Source: a virus
Lineage: Duplodnaviria; Caudoviricetes
IMG/VR virus record: IMGVR_UViG_3300032216_001137
Coordinates: 1-52,188 of that record
Length of the DNA: 52,188 nt
Direction: 5' to 3' (one strand)
The notes below the pieces were generated by a model, which saw nothing but the letters and a program-made list of their open reading frames with translations, was not told the DNA's origin and ran no database searches. How positions within the stretch are numbered: the stretch's first letter is position 1; each line of letters begins with the position of its first letter. Both the position numbers and the translations under genes were made by a program. This document shows positions 1-9,071 of the stretch, one piece after another.

Positions 1-438
1 AATGTGGTAATTGAATGCTGGCTCTATAGCATAGATACGCATTTTATTAATCTTATCAAAAGCGGTCAATATGCCGTACTTGATTTTATTTTTCTCGCAC
101 CATTTAACACAATTAACTAAATTTTCTGAATTACCAGAAGAACTTATAAGGATGACCAACGTATCAGAATCTGCATAGAATTCAAGATATTTAACATATG
201 CTATATCTTGACCATAATCATTTATAAAGCATGTCAGCATCGATGGGTCGGTAAAAGAGACAGCCCTCTTGCCACCACGCTTTGTCATATCCTGAGCAAT
301 ATGTGCTGCAGCAGCATTACTTCCACCATTACCTAATAAAATTATTTTATTGGAATTATAGTAATGATTTTTAAATTTATCATATTCTTTATTATCAATA
401 CTATTTATTGCATCTACACATTGTTCAAAAAATATCAT
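1..438 (-). CDS. gmhA: Sedoheptulose-7-phosphate (phosphoheptose) isomerase, SIS domain; partial, runs off the window
   Basis: Not in the ORF track. Hand translation from ATG 438 (ATGA overlap with hddA stop): MIFFEQ...IILLGNGGSNAAAAHIAQD...LTCFINDYG...LISSSGNSEN, matching GmhA GNGGS, NDYG and SxSGNS motifs. Confidence 0.9.
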   Translation of the reverse strand, partial: MIFFEQCVDAINSIDNKEYDKFKNHYYNSNKIILLGNGGSNAAAAHIAQDMTKRGGKRAVSFTDPSMLTCFINDYGQDIAYVKYLEFYADSDTLVILISSSGNSENLVNCVKWCEKNKIKYGILTAFDKINKMRIYAIEPAFNYHI

Positions 439-1382
439 ACAATTCTTCCCTTCACGCCGTCCATAGATACATTGATCTTAATATTCTTAAAAGGGATATT
501 TAAATTATTTTTTTCAGAAATAACTAAAAAGAAACCACCATTACCTGCACCGCATAATTTATGCGCTAATACAGTCTTGTTATCATTTAATGCTTGATCA
601 ATCATCAATAAAGATTTATTCTCAATTATCATTTTACTAGTTTTCTTTTTTTCTGTCCAACTTTTATTAAAAACATTTAAAAATTGTTCATAATCTTCAT
701 TTTGTAATGAATGATATGCCTGATTTACAAGTCCTAACAAGGGTTTAGATTTATCAATATTATCACTTACATCTTTAAGAACAATTTTTGAATTTCTAGT
801 TATTCCTGTAAAAACAAGATGCATATCATATAAATTAAAAAATTTTGTATCTAAGAACTCTGTAGTCACACTACCATCATCATAAAAATTTAATTTTTTA
901 AATCCACCTATGCCACATCCATAAGGATCTTGATATCCACAATACGGATTAAATTTTAATTCTATTTCATATGCAATCTTACATATTTCAAAGTCGCTAA
1001 GATTCATATCATTATGTATCGATATGGCTTTTATTAATGATATTAAATAAGAAGATGATGATGCAAGGCCGCTTCCGTGAGAATATATATCACTAGTCAT
1101 AGAAATAAGAGATGGAGATATATAAAAATCTTCTAAAGTAGAACGAACAAGTTCATTTTCAATTAATGATATATGATTTACTTCTTCTCTTTTAGAATAA
1201 TTAATAATATATTTATGATCAATATTATTATATCCTGCACGGTCCTGACTTAAAGTAACATATGTTTTTAAATCTGCAGTAAAACTTATTACAGAACCAT
1301 ACCCAAATTTTTTAATAAAATTTGGGTTATCAGTAGATCCACCAAATAAAGATATTCTTAATGGACAACTTGCCAATATCAT
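435..1382 (-). CDS. hddA: GHMP sugar kinase, D-glycero-D-manno-heptose-7-phosphate kinase-like
   Basis: PLRISLFGGSTD, GSGLASSSS, GYQDPY..GIGG and KLCGAGNGGF motifs; coupled to gmhA. Confidence 0.88.
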   Translation of the reverse strand: MILASCPLRISLFGGSTDNPNFIKKFGYGSVISFTADLKTYVTLSQDRAGYNNIDHKYIINYSKREEVNHISLIENELVRSTLEDFYISPSLISMTSDIYSHGSGLASSSSYLISLIKAISIHNDMNLSDFEICKIAYEIELKFNPYCGYQDPYGCGIGGFKKLNFYDDGSVTTEFLDTKFFNLYDMHLVFTGITRNSKIVLKDVSDNIDKSKPLLGLVNQAYHSLQNEDYEQFLNVFNKSWTEKKKTSKMIIENKSLLMIDQALNDNKTVLAHKLCGAGNGGFFLVISEKNNLNIPFKNIKINVSMDGVKGRIV

Positions 1383-2197
1383 ATAAATATATCCTTATTT
1401 TGCTCATATAATCTTTTATCTTCAATATTACCAAAATCCATTAAATTTCTACCTTCATGATCGCGTGGCTCACCACTATAAAGCCAATTAACATCTCCAC
1501 GATTCAACTTAACTTTATCCCAATATTCCAAAGACTGCAGTTGATAATGATTTAATAATAATTCGGGATCTTCACGATTAGTTTTATAAGATAAAGTTTT
1601 AATCTGACCATTGGTATAAGCAGTATGAACATCAAGCGTATAGAAATCATAATCTGTATTATAAATTATTTTATCTGCCGCAAAAATAACAATGGTCGGT
1701 TCCATCCCCGGCCTTTTCATGTAAACATCTGCAAAATATTCGGCCCTCTTAGTAAAACCCTCAACGATATTTTTAGGTTGACTAATATGCCCATTTGAGT
1801 TAAACCAAACCCATGCAACATAAATTGCTGCAGCATCCTCATGGTTTCTTAATATTTTCTTAACATCAATTTCTCTAGGACTATACAAAAATTCATCAAG
1901 GTCAACAATGGCTAACCATTTTGTTTGATTCATAATGGGAATAAAATATTTATTATTGATATCAACTTGTCTACCATAATATTTATCACTAATATCATTT
2001 TCAAATAAAGTTACATAGTTAGAATCAATGTATGGTTGAAGTATTTCTAGATAGTTATCTTCGCTAAAATCATTAACTAAATAAATATGATCAAAACCAT
2101 GATGGATATAATGTTTTATCCATTCAGACAATCCCATAGTTTCATTTTTAAAAATGGCTGCGACAGACAAATAATATTTATTGTTAGACATTAACAT
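1379..2197 (-). CDS. GT-A glycosyltransferase (GT92 / GT2-like)
   Basis: AIFKNE...EWIKHY..GFDHIYLVND.SED, WLAIVDLDEF (DxD) and LNHY motifs. Confidence 0.82.
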   Translation of the reverse strand: MLMSNNKYYLSVAAIFKNETMGLSEWIKHYIHHGFDHIYLVNDFSEDNYLEILQPYIDSNYVTLFENDISDKYYGRQVDINNKYFIPIMNQTKWLAIVDLDEFLYSPREIDVKKILRNHEDAAAIYVAWVWFNSNGHISQPKNIVEGFTKRAEYFADVYMKRPGMEPTIVIFAADKIIYNTDYDFYTLDVHTAYTNGQIKTLSYKTNREDPELLLNHYQLQSLEYWDKVKLNRGDVNWLYSGEPRDHEGRNLMDFGNIEDKRLYEQNKDIFI

Positions 2198-3029
2198 ATT
2201 TCCTTAAATATATTTGATCATTATAATATTTTTTTAATTCATCATATTCCATATTTTTTAATTTGCCCCATAAATCCTGATTATGATTATAATAAGGATT
2301 GTTTTCCATAAAATTAGGAGATGAATTAATTCCCCTTGAGTGTTCTAAATGATAAACATAGTCATCAGTAAACCTTAAAACATTATATCCTAATTTTCTA
2401 AACCTATGAATTCTTTCCTTATCATCAGGAGAATATCCTTTAAAATTTTCATTCTCCATTCCACCATCAATGTAAACTTTTCTATTAAAAAATTGAACAT
2501 GACCAGCATATGATTGATGCTCTACACACATACCTAAAGAATGCAAAACTGCAAAATCATAATTTTCTTTAATAAAAAAATTTGCAACCATATCATCAAA
2601 AAAAATTACTCTTTTTTGATAATTAGGAACGCCATATGGATAAACAACATCTGCTTTTCCAATAGAAATATTTTTTACAGCATCAATAATTGTTTGCTTT
2701 TCTAATAAAATATCAACATCATAATTAACAACTATATCTGTATTACTTACAAATAACATTTCATTCATTATTTGCATCCTATAAAAAATAACATCATCAT
2801 TTTTTTCAAAAATATAATTTATTTTATCTAAATTTTTTTTATCAGAAACTTTAGAGATTAAAGGCAACACTTCAGAATTAAATTTTGATTCTGAATCTAC
2901 CTCTTTAACAATAACGGTTGTATCAAAATTATTAATTAAATAACTTATAGTAGTGAAAGCATTTCTAATTCTATCTTCTGACTCAAGCCTGATCGGTATC
3001 ATAAAAGTTGTATTTTTTAAATCAATCAT
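2184..3029 (-). CDS. GT-A glycosyltransferase with galactosyltransferase (GT7) C-terminal-like domain
   Basis: IPIR, NYDVD (DxD), VYPY, GGMENENFKGYSPDDKERIHRF and VYHLEH. Confidence 0.8.
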   Translation of the reverse strand: MIDLKNTTFMIPIRLESEDRIRNAFTTISYLINNFDTTVIVKEVDSESKFNSEVLPLISKVSDKKNLDKINYIFEKNDDVIFYRMQIMNEMLFVSNTDIVVNYDVDILLEKQTIIDAVKNISIGKADVVYPYGVPNYQKRVIFFDDMVANFFIKENYDFAVLHSLGMCVEHQSYAGHVQFFNRKVYIDGGMENENFKGYSPDDKERIHRFRKLGYNVLRFTDDYVYHLEHSRGINSSPNFMENNPYYNHNQDLWGKLKNMEYDELKKYYNDQIYLRKYVNV

Positions 3030-3730
3030 AATTGAATTCCATATTTTCTATGAACATAATTAAACTCTTCATTTACCTCAGATTCACTTATTTCAGCATA
3101 TAAAGTATCTACATTTCTAGATCTGTTAGCAATTAAATAATCTGTACAGTAAATAGGATGTCCATGATTTATTTTTAAATTATAATAAAGATCAACATCT
3201 AAAAGCATTCTTACTACAGGATCAAATCTTTCAATTACACCATTTTTTATTGCTAATACTGAAACTCCACCAATATAATTATTACCATTAGTAAGAATCA
3301 TTCGTTCGTCCCAACGAGGAATCATGGGGCCGTAATAACTTCTACCATCGTCATTTGTATGAATACATCCACATACAAGCCAGTCAGCGTTATGTTGGTT
3401 AAATAAATATTTTATTTTTTCTAATGCATAATTATCATAAAAATAATCATCTTGTTGCATAACTTTTATTATGTCACGATCACAATTATCAATTGCATTA
3501 TTATGATTATATGCTGGATTTCCACGATTAGGCTCACGGACATATTTTATTTCTAAATCATAAATATTATTTTTACAAAAATTTTCAATATCATCATTTA
3601 AACTCTGATCAGAAACGACAACTTGAATGGAATTTGTATTTTGTTTTTTAATAGACAGAAAAAGCGAATCAAGCATCTCTACGCCACGATTATAATATTC
3701 CCATACTGGTATAGCAACTGAAATACTCAT
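3026..3730 (-). CDS. Glycosyltransferase family 2
   Basis: Start moved to ATG 3730 (GGAGA SD, abuts upstream stop). ISVAIP, VVSDQS, N.NNAI, MQQDD and LLDVDL. Confidence 0.85.
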   Translation of the reverse strand: MSISVAIPVWEYYNRGVEMLDSLFLSIKKQNTNSIQVVVSDQSLNDDIENFCKNNIYDLEIKYVREPNRGNPAYNHNNAIDNCDRDIIKVMQQDDYFYDNYALEKIKYLFNQHNADWLVCGCIHTNDDGRSYYGPMIPRWDERMILTNGNNYIGGVSVLAIKNGVIERFDPVVRMLLDVDLYYNLKINHGHPIYCTDYLIANRSRNVDTLYAEISESEVNEEFNYVHRKYGIQL

Positions 3731-3731
3731 T

Positions 3732-4439
3732 TCATCTCCTATTTCCATGAAAACCAAACGTCGTAATCCCATAATTTTCTGGCACTGGACTTTCATAAGA
3801 AAATTTTGCAGCCAGTTCAATGGGAGCAAACTTACATCCGTTAGACTCAAAAAGATGTCTGTTGTGAACTGCTATACATCCATCTTCATTAAAATTATTT
3901 TGATTAAAATGTTTGTAAAAATCTCCGCTAGTACAATCAAATGGTATGTCTACCTCTAAAGGTGTCATGCAAAGTTTTTTACTTCTTAAAGAAAATCCAC
4001 CGTTACCAACCCTTATATGCTCACCGAATGGGGATAAGAAGGCATCTTCTCTATAGGGCCACGGCGCACCAATATAATCATAATTTAAAAATTCTTCATC
4101 CCATTGATCAGGGTTTATTACATAACCATCAGGTTGAGTTACTAAAATAAATTTACTATCAAAGTGTCTATATAATTCATAAACCATATATTTAGAATAA
4201 TCATTTATATTTTTAATCGGATATATGGTTTCTTCGTATTTAATGCCGAATCCATTCAACGTATCTTTATATTCTTCAATTACTTCCTTTGAAGTAATTA
4301 ATTTAATTTCATAAAAATTAATATTTGAACTACTTAAAATTAATGCCTGAATAGCACCGTTTACTGTATTTTTAAGGTCACTTTGTTCAAAAGGGTAGAA
4401 TAACGAGAATAAGGTTACATCATTAAGATTTATTGTAAT
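3732..4439 (-). CDS. DUF5672-family protein (putative GT-A-like glycan enzyme); probable non-canonical ATT start
   Basis: QPDGYVINP..W..EFLNYDYIGAPW, VGNGGFSLRS, NED, A..FS.E and FGFH. The frame is open to ATT 4439 (ITINLNDVTL), 60 codons upstream of the track start. Confidence 0.8.
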   Translation of the reverse strand: MTINLNDVTLFSLFYPFEQSDLKNTVNGAIQALILSSSNINFYEIKLITSKEVIEEYKDTLNGFGIKYEETIYPIKNINDYSKYMVYELYRHFDSKFILVTQPDGYVINPDQWDEEFLNYDYIGAPWPYREDAFLSPFGEHIRVGNGGFSLRSKKLCMTPLEVDIPFDCTSGDFYKHFNQNNFNEDGCIAVHNRHLFESNGCKFAPIELAAKFSYESPVPENYGITTFGFHGNRR

Positions 4440-4440
4440 T

Positions 4441-5331
4441 TTAACTACCTGCCTTTATAGAATCGTGTATACAGTCAATGCCCGAAAAAATATTACCATT
4501 TCTATCTAAATAAAACCAATCTTCAACAATATTATCTTCATTTCTCCAAACACCATTTGATACATTATAATCAAACCAATATTTGGGAGCAATAACTTTT
4601 TTAACATGAGTATTAACCCAAGCGGCCCAAAAACAAAACGTCGATGCAGATAAAATTAAATATTTAGCATTATACATTATTGAATAATCAATAGCAGTTT
4701 TTTCCTGAGAAATTTGAGAAGAAACTTCTGGGTGATTATTATCAAATATACCAACTATTGTACCATTTGGAATAAATTCTTTTGCTTTATCTGGATCATC
4801 AGTAACAACTATAAATTTCATATTAGAATTAATTTTTAACATTTCATTTATAGCATTTTGATAATATTCTTTAGGTAGCCATGATGATGTAAAAAAATAA
4901 TCTTTACCTCTTAAATTTATTACACAAATATCATCGGCACAATATTCTTTTATATCAATACTAGGTTTTAACCATTCAATTATATCTTGTTTTCTATCAT
5001 TTATATATTGTAAATGTTGAAAACAACCATCAATTTTTGTATTATCAGGTAAATTATTCCAAAAATTTTCATCTACACATGAATAATTTGTTTCTCTATA
5101 ATAATTGGAAATACCAATAGGAAGTTCATATGGAGGGCCGCCTTCTGGACTGTTTCCAGTAAAAACTTCTTGACCTAAATCTAAATTAGGAAGAAAAGTA
5201 GAACCTTTAAAAGGATTTGTTTTTTTAGTACCCCAAAGATAACCATTTTTTTCTGCAACAATTCTTAAAACAACAAGGCTCCAAATTTGATTACCCAATC
5301 CTTGACCACGATAAAGTTCTGTAACAATCAT
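4441..5331 (-). CDS. Glycosyltransferase family 11 (alpha-1,2-fucosyltransferase-like)
   Basis: GLGNQ, G.FQ, INLRGKDY (HxRxxDY variant), YY..AI, VTDD, STFCFWAAW and APKYW. Confidence 0.85.
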   Translation of the reverse strand: MIVTELYRGQGLGNQIWSLVVLRIVAEKNGYLWGTKKTNPFKGSTFLPNLDLGQEVFTGNSPEGGPPYELPIGISNYYRETNYSCVDENFWNNLPDNTKIDGCFQHLQYINDRKQDIIEWLKPSIDIKEYCADDICVINLRGKDYFFTSSWLPKEYYQNAINEMLKINSNMKFIVVTDDPDKAKEFIPNGTIVGIFDNNHPEVSSQISQEKTAIDYSIMYNAKYLILSASTFCFWAAWVNTHVKKVIAPKYWFDYNVSNGVWRNEDNIVEDWFYLDRNGNIFSGIDCIHDSIKAGS

Positions 5332-5912
5332 TTTATAATCCTAAAAACAATTAATTTATGATCCCATCCACCATAATCATAAAATTCTGCATAAGTTTTA
5401 TAAATAGGGTCTAACCTTGAATAAAGCATTTCTGGATCATAAAATACATCCTCAATAATAATCATTGAGTTATTAGACATTTTATTCCAATATAATTCAA
5501 TCAATTTAACATGACTATCTATTGTATGTGGTCCGTCATCAATTAAAACATCGATTTCACCATCAATTAAATCTATAGAACTAGGTTCATAAGCATCTAC
5601 AGTAAGATAATGAACATTATCCCCATCAAGCCATTCTAAGTTAACCGGAAGATTATTTATATCCTTGTCATATAAATTATCTATCCCATAAATTTTTGCA
5701 TTAGAAAAATAATTTTTCCATAAAAATATGGATGCCCCTCCCCTAACACCAATTTCAACAAACGTGATTTCTTTATCTCTTATGTGGTAAAAAGTTTTTT
5801 CATAAAAATTTTCCACATACCCTTTAGGTATATGTTTATCAGTACCATACTGAGGATTATCATAAATATTTAAATTATTTTCATTACATATGTCAACCAA
5901 ATTCTTAGTCAT
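5328..5912 (-). CDS. Class I SAM-dependent methyltransferase (sugar O-methyltransferase-like)
   Basis: GTDK..., VEIGVRGGAS..LW..YF, IYGID, DVLIDDGPH and IIEDV. Confidence 0.82.
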   Translation of the reverse strand: MTKNLVDICNENNLNIYDNPQYGTDKHIPKGYVENFYEKTFYHIRDKEITFVEIGVRGGASIFLWKNYFSNAKIYGIDNLYDKDINNLPVNLEWLDGDNVHYLTVDAYEPSSIDLIDGEIDVLIDDGPHTIDSHVKLIELYWNKMSNNSMIIIEDVFYDPEMLYSRLDPIYKTYAEFYDYGGWDHKLIVFRIIK

Positions 5913-5913
5913 T

Positions 5914-6690
5914 CTAACCCCTAATCAAATGTTTATATTTTTCTTTATTATCTAGCAAATAATCAGGATAAGAATTATCTAAATCTACCACTTGATAGTT
6001 TATATTTCTGTAAAAAATATCTTTTCCGATCAATAAATTATTTTCAATATTATTCATAACCTCTGGAATATTGAATTGTGTATCGCAGAAAGATTTAATC
6101 TTTCCTCGTATTTGCTGAGCATCACCACAATAAGTAAAATGCCACCCCCCATTTTCTACCAATGGCCCAGAGATCTTAGATACATCTTCCGTACCCTCAC
6201 GAATATTATCAATAGTATTGTTTTTCATATATCTATATCTTGCTGCCCTTGTACCAAACCAATTATCTGAATAAAAATTATTTAAATAATATGTATAACA
6301 TTTTTGTCTGAAAGTATGATGATTATCATCTGTTATCCATTCATCAATGTTAAACAAAACTTTTGGATTTGGAATTTCATCTATATCGCTTGTAAGCAAA
6401 ATATCATCATCTTCAAATAAATTTAAACTTAATGCTGAATTTCTAGAAAAAATTTCTCTATCCCATGTAATATTTAAATCTGGGATTTCTATTTGATTAT
6501 GAATTATTTTCTTTTCCCATTTTTTAAAAACATCTTTATTTTTTAAATATGTTGATTCTTTATCCAAGCCAGAGAATGTTTTGTTTCCTTCGGTTAAAAT
6601 AAAATAATCCACATATGGGTCTAAGATGTTCATCCTAATTTCTAACATTTCTACTTCATGATTAAGCAACAATATATCAAAAATTTTCAT
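5914..6690 (-). CDS. Glycosyltransferase family 17 (beta-1,4-GlcNAc transferase-like)
   Basis: E.EMLEIR...L.PYVDYFIL.E...TFSG..K, W.RE..SRN, SDIDEIP and GGWHFTY. Confidence 0.87.
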   Translation of the reverse strand: MKIFDILLLNHEVEMLEIRMNILDPYVDYFILTEGNKTFSGLDKESTYLKNKDVFKKWEKKIIHNQIEIPDLNITWDREIFSRNSALSLNLFEDDDILLTSDIDEIPNPKVLFNIDEWITDDNHHTFRQKCYTYYLNNFYSDNWFGTRAARYRYMKNNTIDNIREGTEDVSKISGPLVENGGWHFTYCGDAQQIRGKIKSFCDTQFNIPEVMNNIENNLLIGKDIFYRNINYQVVDLDNSYPDYLLDNKEKYKHLIRG

Positions 6691-7289
6691 TAATCAATCA
6701 CCTCTAAAGAATATTTTTCACCCATAGCAAAGACTCCGGTTCCAGAAAAATGACCTACATCCTTAAAAATATATTTCTTGTAAGGAATATTACTAAACAT
6801 TGTTTTAAGATCTGGGAAAGTATCGTAGTCTATATCATCCATTAAAATAATACCGCTCCAACCCTTTTCTTCTAAAAACTTAATCATTGGTGGCTCTTGC
6901 TTACCATCATGAGGATCAACATCAATCAAAATAATGGAAACCTTGTCATAATCAATTGATGAATCTTCCATAAAATTTCCAATTCTTAAATCAATATTTG
7001 ATTTATTTAAATTGGTATGGCAGGGCCATTGTATTAAATCATATGATATAACATTATTAGATTCATTATTTGATAGAGCAATTGCAGAATTACCATTCTT
7101 TGTACCAATATCTAAAATCAATGTATCGTTTACTTGATTTGAAATATTTGCATATAATTTATATGGCTGAGTTTCATGCACATCAACATCAACTTGCCAA
7201 GCATCGGAATTTCCAGAATAATAAAAATATTGCATAATTTTTGAAAAATCTGTATCCAAAACATCATTTTTATTTATTACAATGTTCAT
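6690..7289 (-). CDS. SAM-dependent methyltransferase (Methyltransf_24-like)
   Basis: ILDIGTKNGNSA, VISYD, ILIDVDPHDG, G.ILMDDI and GHFSGTG. Confidence 0.78.
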   Translation of the reverse strand: MNIVINKNDVLDTDFSKIMQYFYYSGNSDAWQVDVDVHETQPYKLYANISNQVNDTLILDIGTKNGNSAIALSNNESNNVISYDLIQWPCHTNLNKSNIDLRIGNFMEDSSIDYDKVSIILIDVDPHDGKQEPPMIKFLEEKGWSGIILMDDIDYDTFPDLKTMFSNIPYKKYIFKDVGHFSGTGVFAMGEKYSLEVID

Positions 7290-7873
7290 ACTTTAACCTT
7301 TCTGATAGCAAAGACTATACTATCATCATCAATATTTGGTCGGGTATCAAATATTTCATAAGAAACATCATTTCTTGAATTAAGGTACTCTGAAATTGTA
7401 GATACCATTTGATGATCTTCAGCCCACATTGGTAAATTTTTTCTAACATCTTCTATACAATACACGCCATTATCATTGAGGCAGGGGAATAATGCTTCAA
7501 ACGTGGCAATGGTGGGCGATAAAAGATGAACTCCATCATCAATTATTACATCAAATTTAACATCTAAATTTTTAGAAAAATTATTTAATTCGCTAACGCT
7601 AAATTGATCAACTTTAAAACTTTTAATTTTTTCTTTATTTATTAATTTTGTTTCATCAATATCAATTGCATAAATATTTGCATTAGGATATAGTTTTTCC
7701 CAAGCCCGTAGTGATGTGTCATTACTATTATTATAACAACCTATACCTATCTCTAACATATTGTTTAATGTATCAGGAAGTATTTGTGAATATGCTATCT
7801 CGTAATTATGAGAAACGCTTTTATCACTTCCAGATTCATTCAATAATTCCATTAAAAATGTTTTATTAACCAC
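7286..7873 (-). CDS. Class I SAM-dependent methyltransferase (sugar O-methyltransferase-like), paralogue of 5328..5912
   Basis: GSDK..SHNY...Y, LEIGI, SL..W, IYAIDID, VDQ, FDVIIDDGVH and G.YCIEDV. GTG start with AGGAGA SD. Confidence 0.82.
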   Translation of the reverse strand: MVNKTFLMELLNESGSDKSVSHNYEIAYSQILPDTLNNMLEIGIGCYNNSNDTSLRAWEKLYPNANIYAIDIDETKLINKEKIKSFKVDQFSVSELNNFSKNLDVKFDVIIDDGVHLLSPTIATFEALFPCLNDNGVYCIEDVRKNLPMWAEDHQMVSTISEYLNSRNDVSYEIFDTRPNIDDDSIVFAIRKVKV

Positions 7874-7890
7874 TTATTCTCCTAAATATT

Positions 7891-8919
7891 TTAATCATTT
7901 TTTTGATCACAAATCCATAAATATAATTTATTTATACCGTCTTGTAGAGACTGCGAATAATCCCAATTTAACTTTTCTCTGATCAGGGCATTATCTGAAT
8001 TTCTACCGCGCACACCAGTTGGACCATCAATATGATTAATAGTAAAAATTTTACCAGAAGCATTAGCAGCACATTCGACAAGTTGATTAATAGTAACCAT
8101 TTCTTCAGAGCCAATATTAACTGGACCCATAAAATCAGAATCAACTAAGCGCCTCACGGCTTCAATACATTCATCAATATAGAGGAAGGAACGAGTTTGT
8201 AACCCATCCCCCCAAATATCAATACTAGCGCCATTAATAACTTCAGCAACCTTGCGGCAAATAGCGGCAGGAGCCTTTTCCTTACCGCCAGTCCATGTAC
8301 CCTCTGGCCCAAAAATATTGTGAAACCTAGCAACTCTAATTGGAATATTATAATTACGATTATATGCAAAATACAGACGTTCGCTAAATAATTTTTCCCA
8401 TCCATATTCAGAGTCTGGATTAGCGGGATAAGCAGAATCTTCTGAGCATACTGGGTTATTAGGATCTAATTGATTATGTTCTGGATACATACAGGCACTG
8501 CTGCTGTAAAAAATTTTTGTAGTGTTAATTTTAAGTAATTCATTTAACTTTTGAACTGCGTCAAGGACATTAAGATTGATAGTTGCTGAATTATGCATAA
8601 CATCAGCATCATGATCACCCGTAAAAATATAACCAGCGCCGCCCATATCTGCAGCAAACTGATAAATCTCATCAAAGGATTTAGAAAACTTATCAGGAAT
8701 ATTCTGATAAAAATTACCCATCAGTCCGGTGAAACGCACCGCTCTTTTTACCATATCTGGATTACGAAGATCGGCAACAATAAATTCATCTGCTTCTGTT
8801 TTAGAAAATTCTGGATGCTTAAGATCTACTCCACGAACCCAATAACCTTCTGACTTTAAACGCTTAACCATATGGCTACCAATAAAGCCACCGGCTCCAA
8901 GAACAAGTGCTGTCTTCAC
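7891..8919 (-). CDS. NAD-dependent epimerase, GDP-mannose 3,5-epimerase (GME)-like extended SDR
   Basis: GAGGFIG, AADMGG.G.I, SSAC.YP (catalytic Cys), YGWEK, GTWTGGKEKAPAAICRK (catalytic Lys), WGDGLQTRSF and GVRGRNSDN. Confidence 0.9.
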   Translation of the reverse strand: MKTALVLGAGGFIGSHMVKRLKSEGYWVRGVDLKHPEFSKTEADEFIVADLRNPDMVKRAVRFTGLMGNFYQNIPDKFSKSFDEIYQFAADMGGAGYIFTGDHDADVMHNSATINLNVLDAVQKLNELLKINTTKIFYSSSACMYPEHNQLDPNNPVCSEDSAYPANPDSEYGWEKLFSERLYFAYNRNYNIPIRVARFHNIFGPEGTWTGGKEKAPAAICRKVAEVINGASIDIWGDGLQTRSFLYIDECIEAVRRLVDSDFMGPVNIGSEEMVTINQLVECAANASGKIFTINHIDGPTGVRGRNSDNALIREKLNWDYSQSLQDGINKLYLWICDQKND

Positions 8920-8921
8920 AT

Positions 8922-9071
8922 TTATCTCTTTCTAATCAAACCTATCTTTTCTAACGCACGCTGAATAGTCATATGGCTACAGTTTGCTTCTTTAGACATT
9001 TCAACAATATTTTTCTTTTCAAGAGCATATCTTTTATATAGCCATTCTTTATTTTCGTAAAGTTTAACCAT
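8922..9071 (-). CDS. Small HTH DNA-binding protein (49 aa)
   Basis: Below the track cutoff. Hand translation MVKLYENKEWLYKRYALEKKNIVEMSKEANCSHMTIQRALEKIGLIRKR; GAGGA SD; fills the gap between neighbours. Confidence 0.75.
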   Translation of the reverse strand: MVKLYENKEWLYKRYALEKKNIVEMSKEANCSHMTIQRALEKIGLIRKR

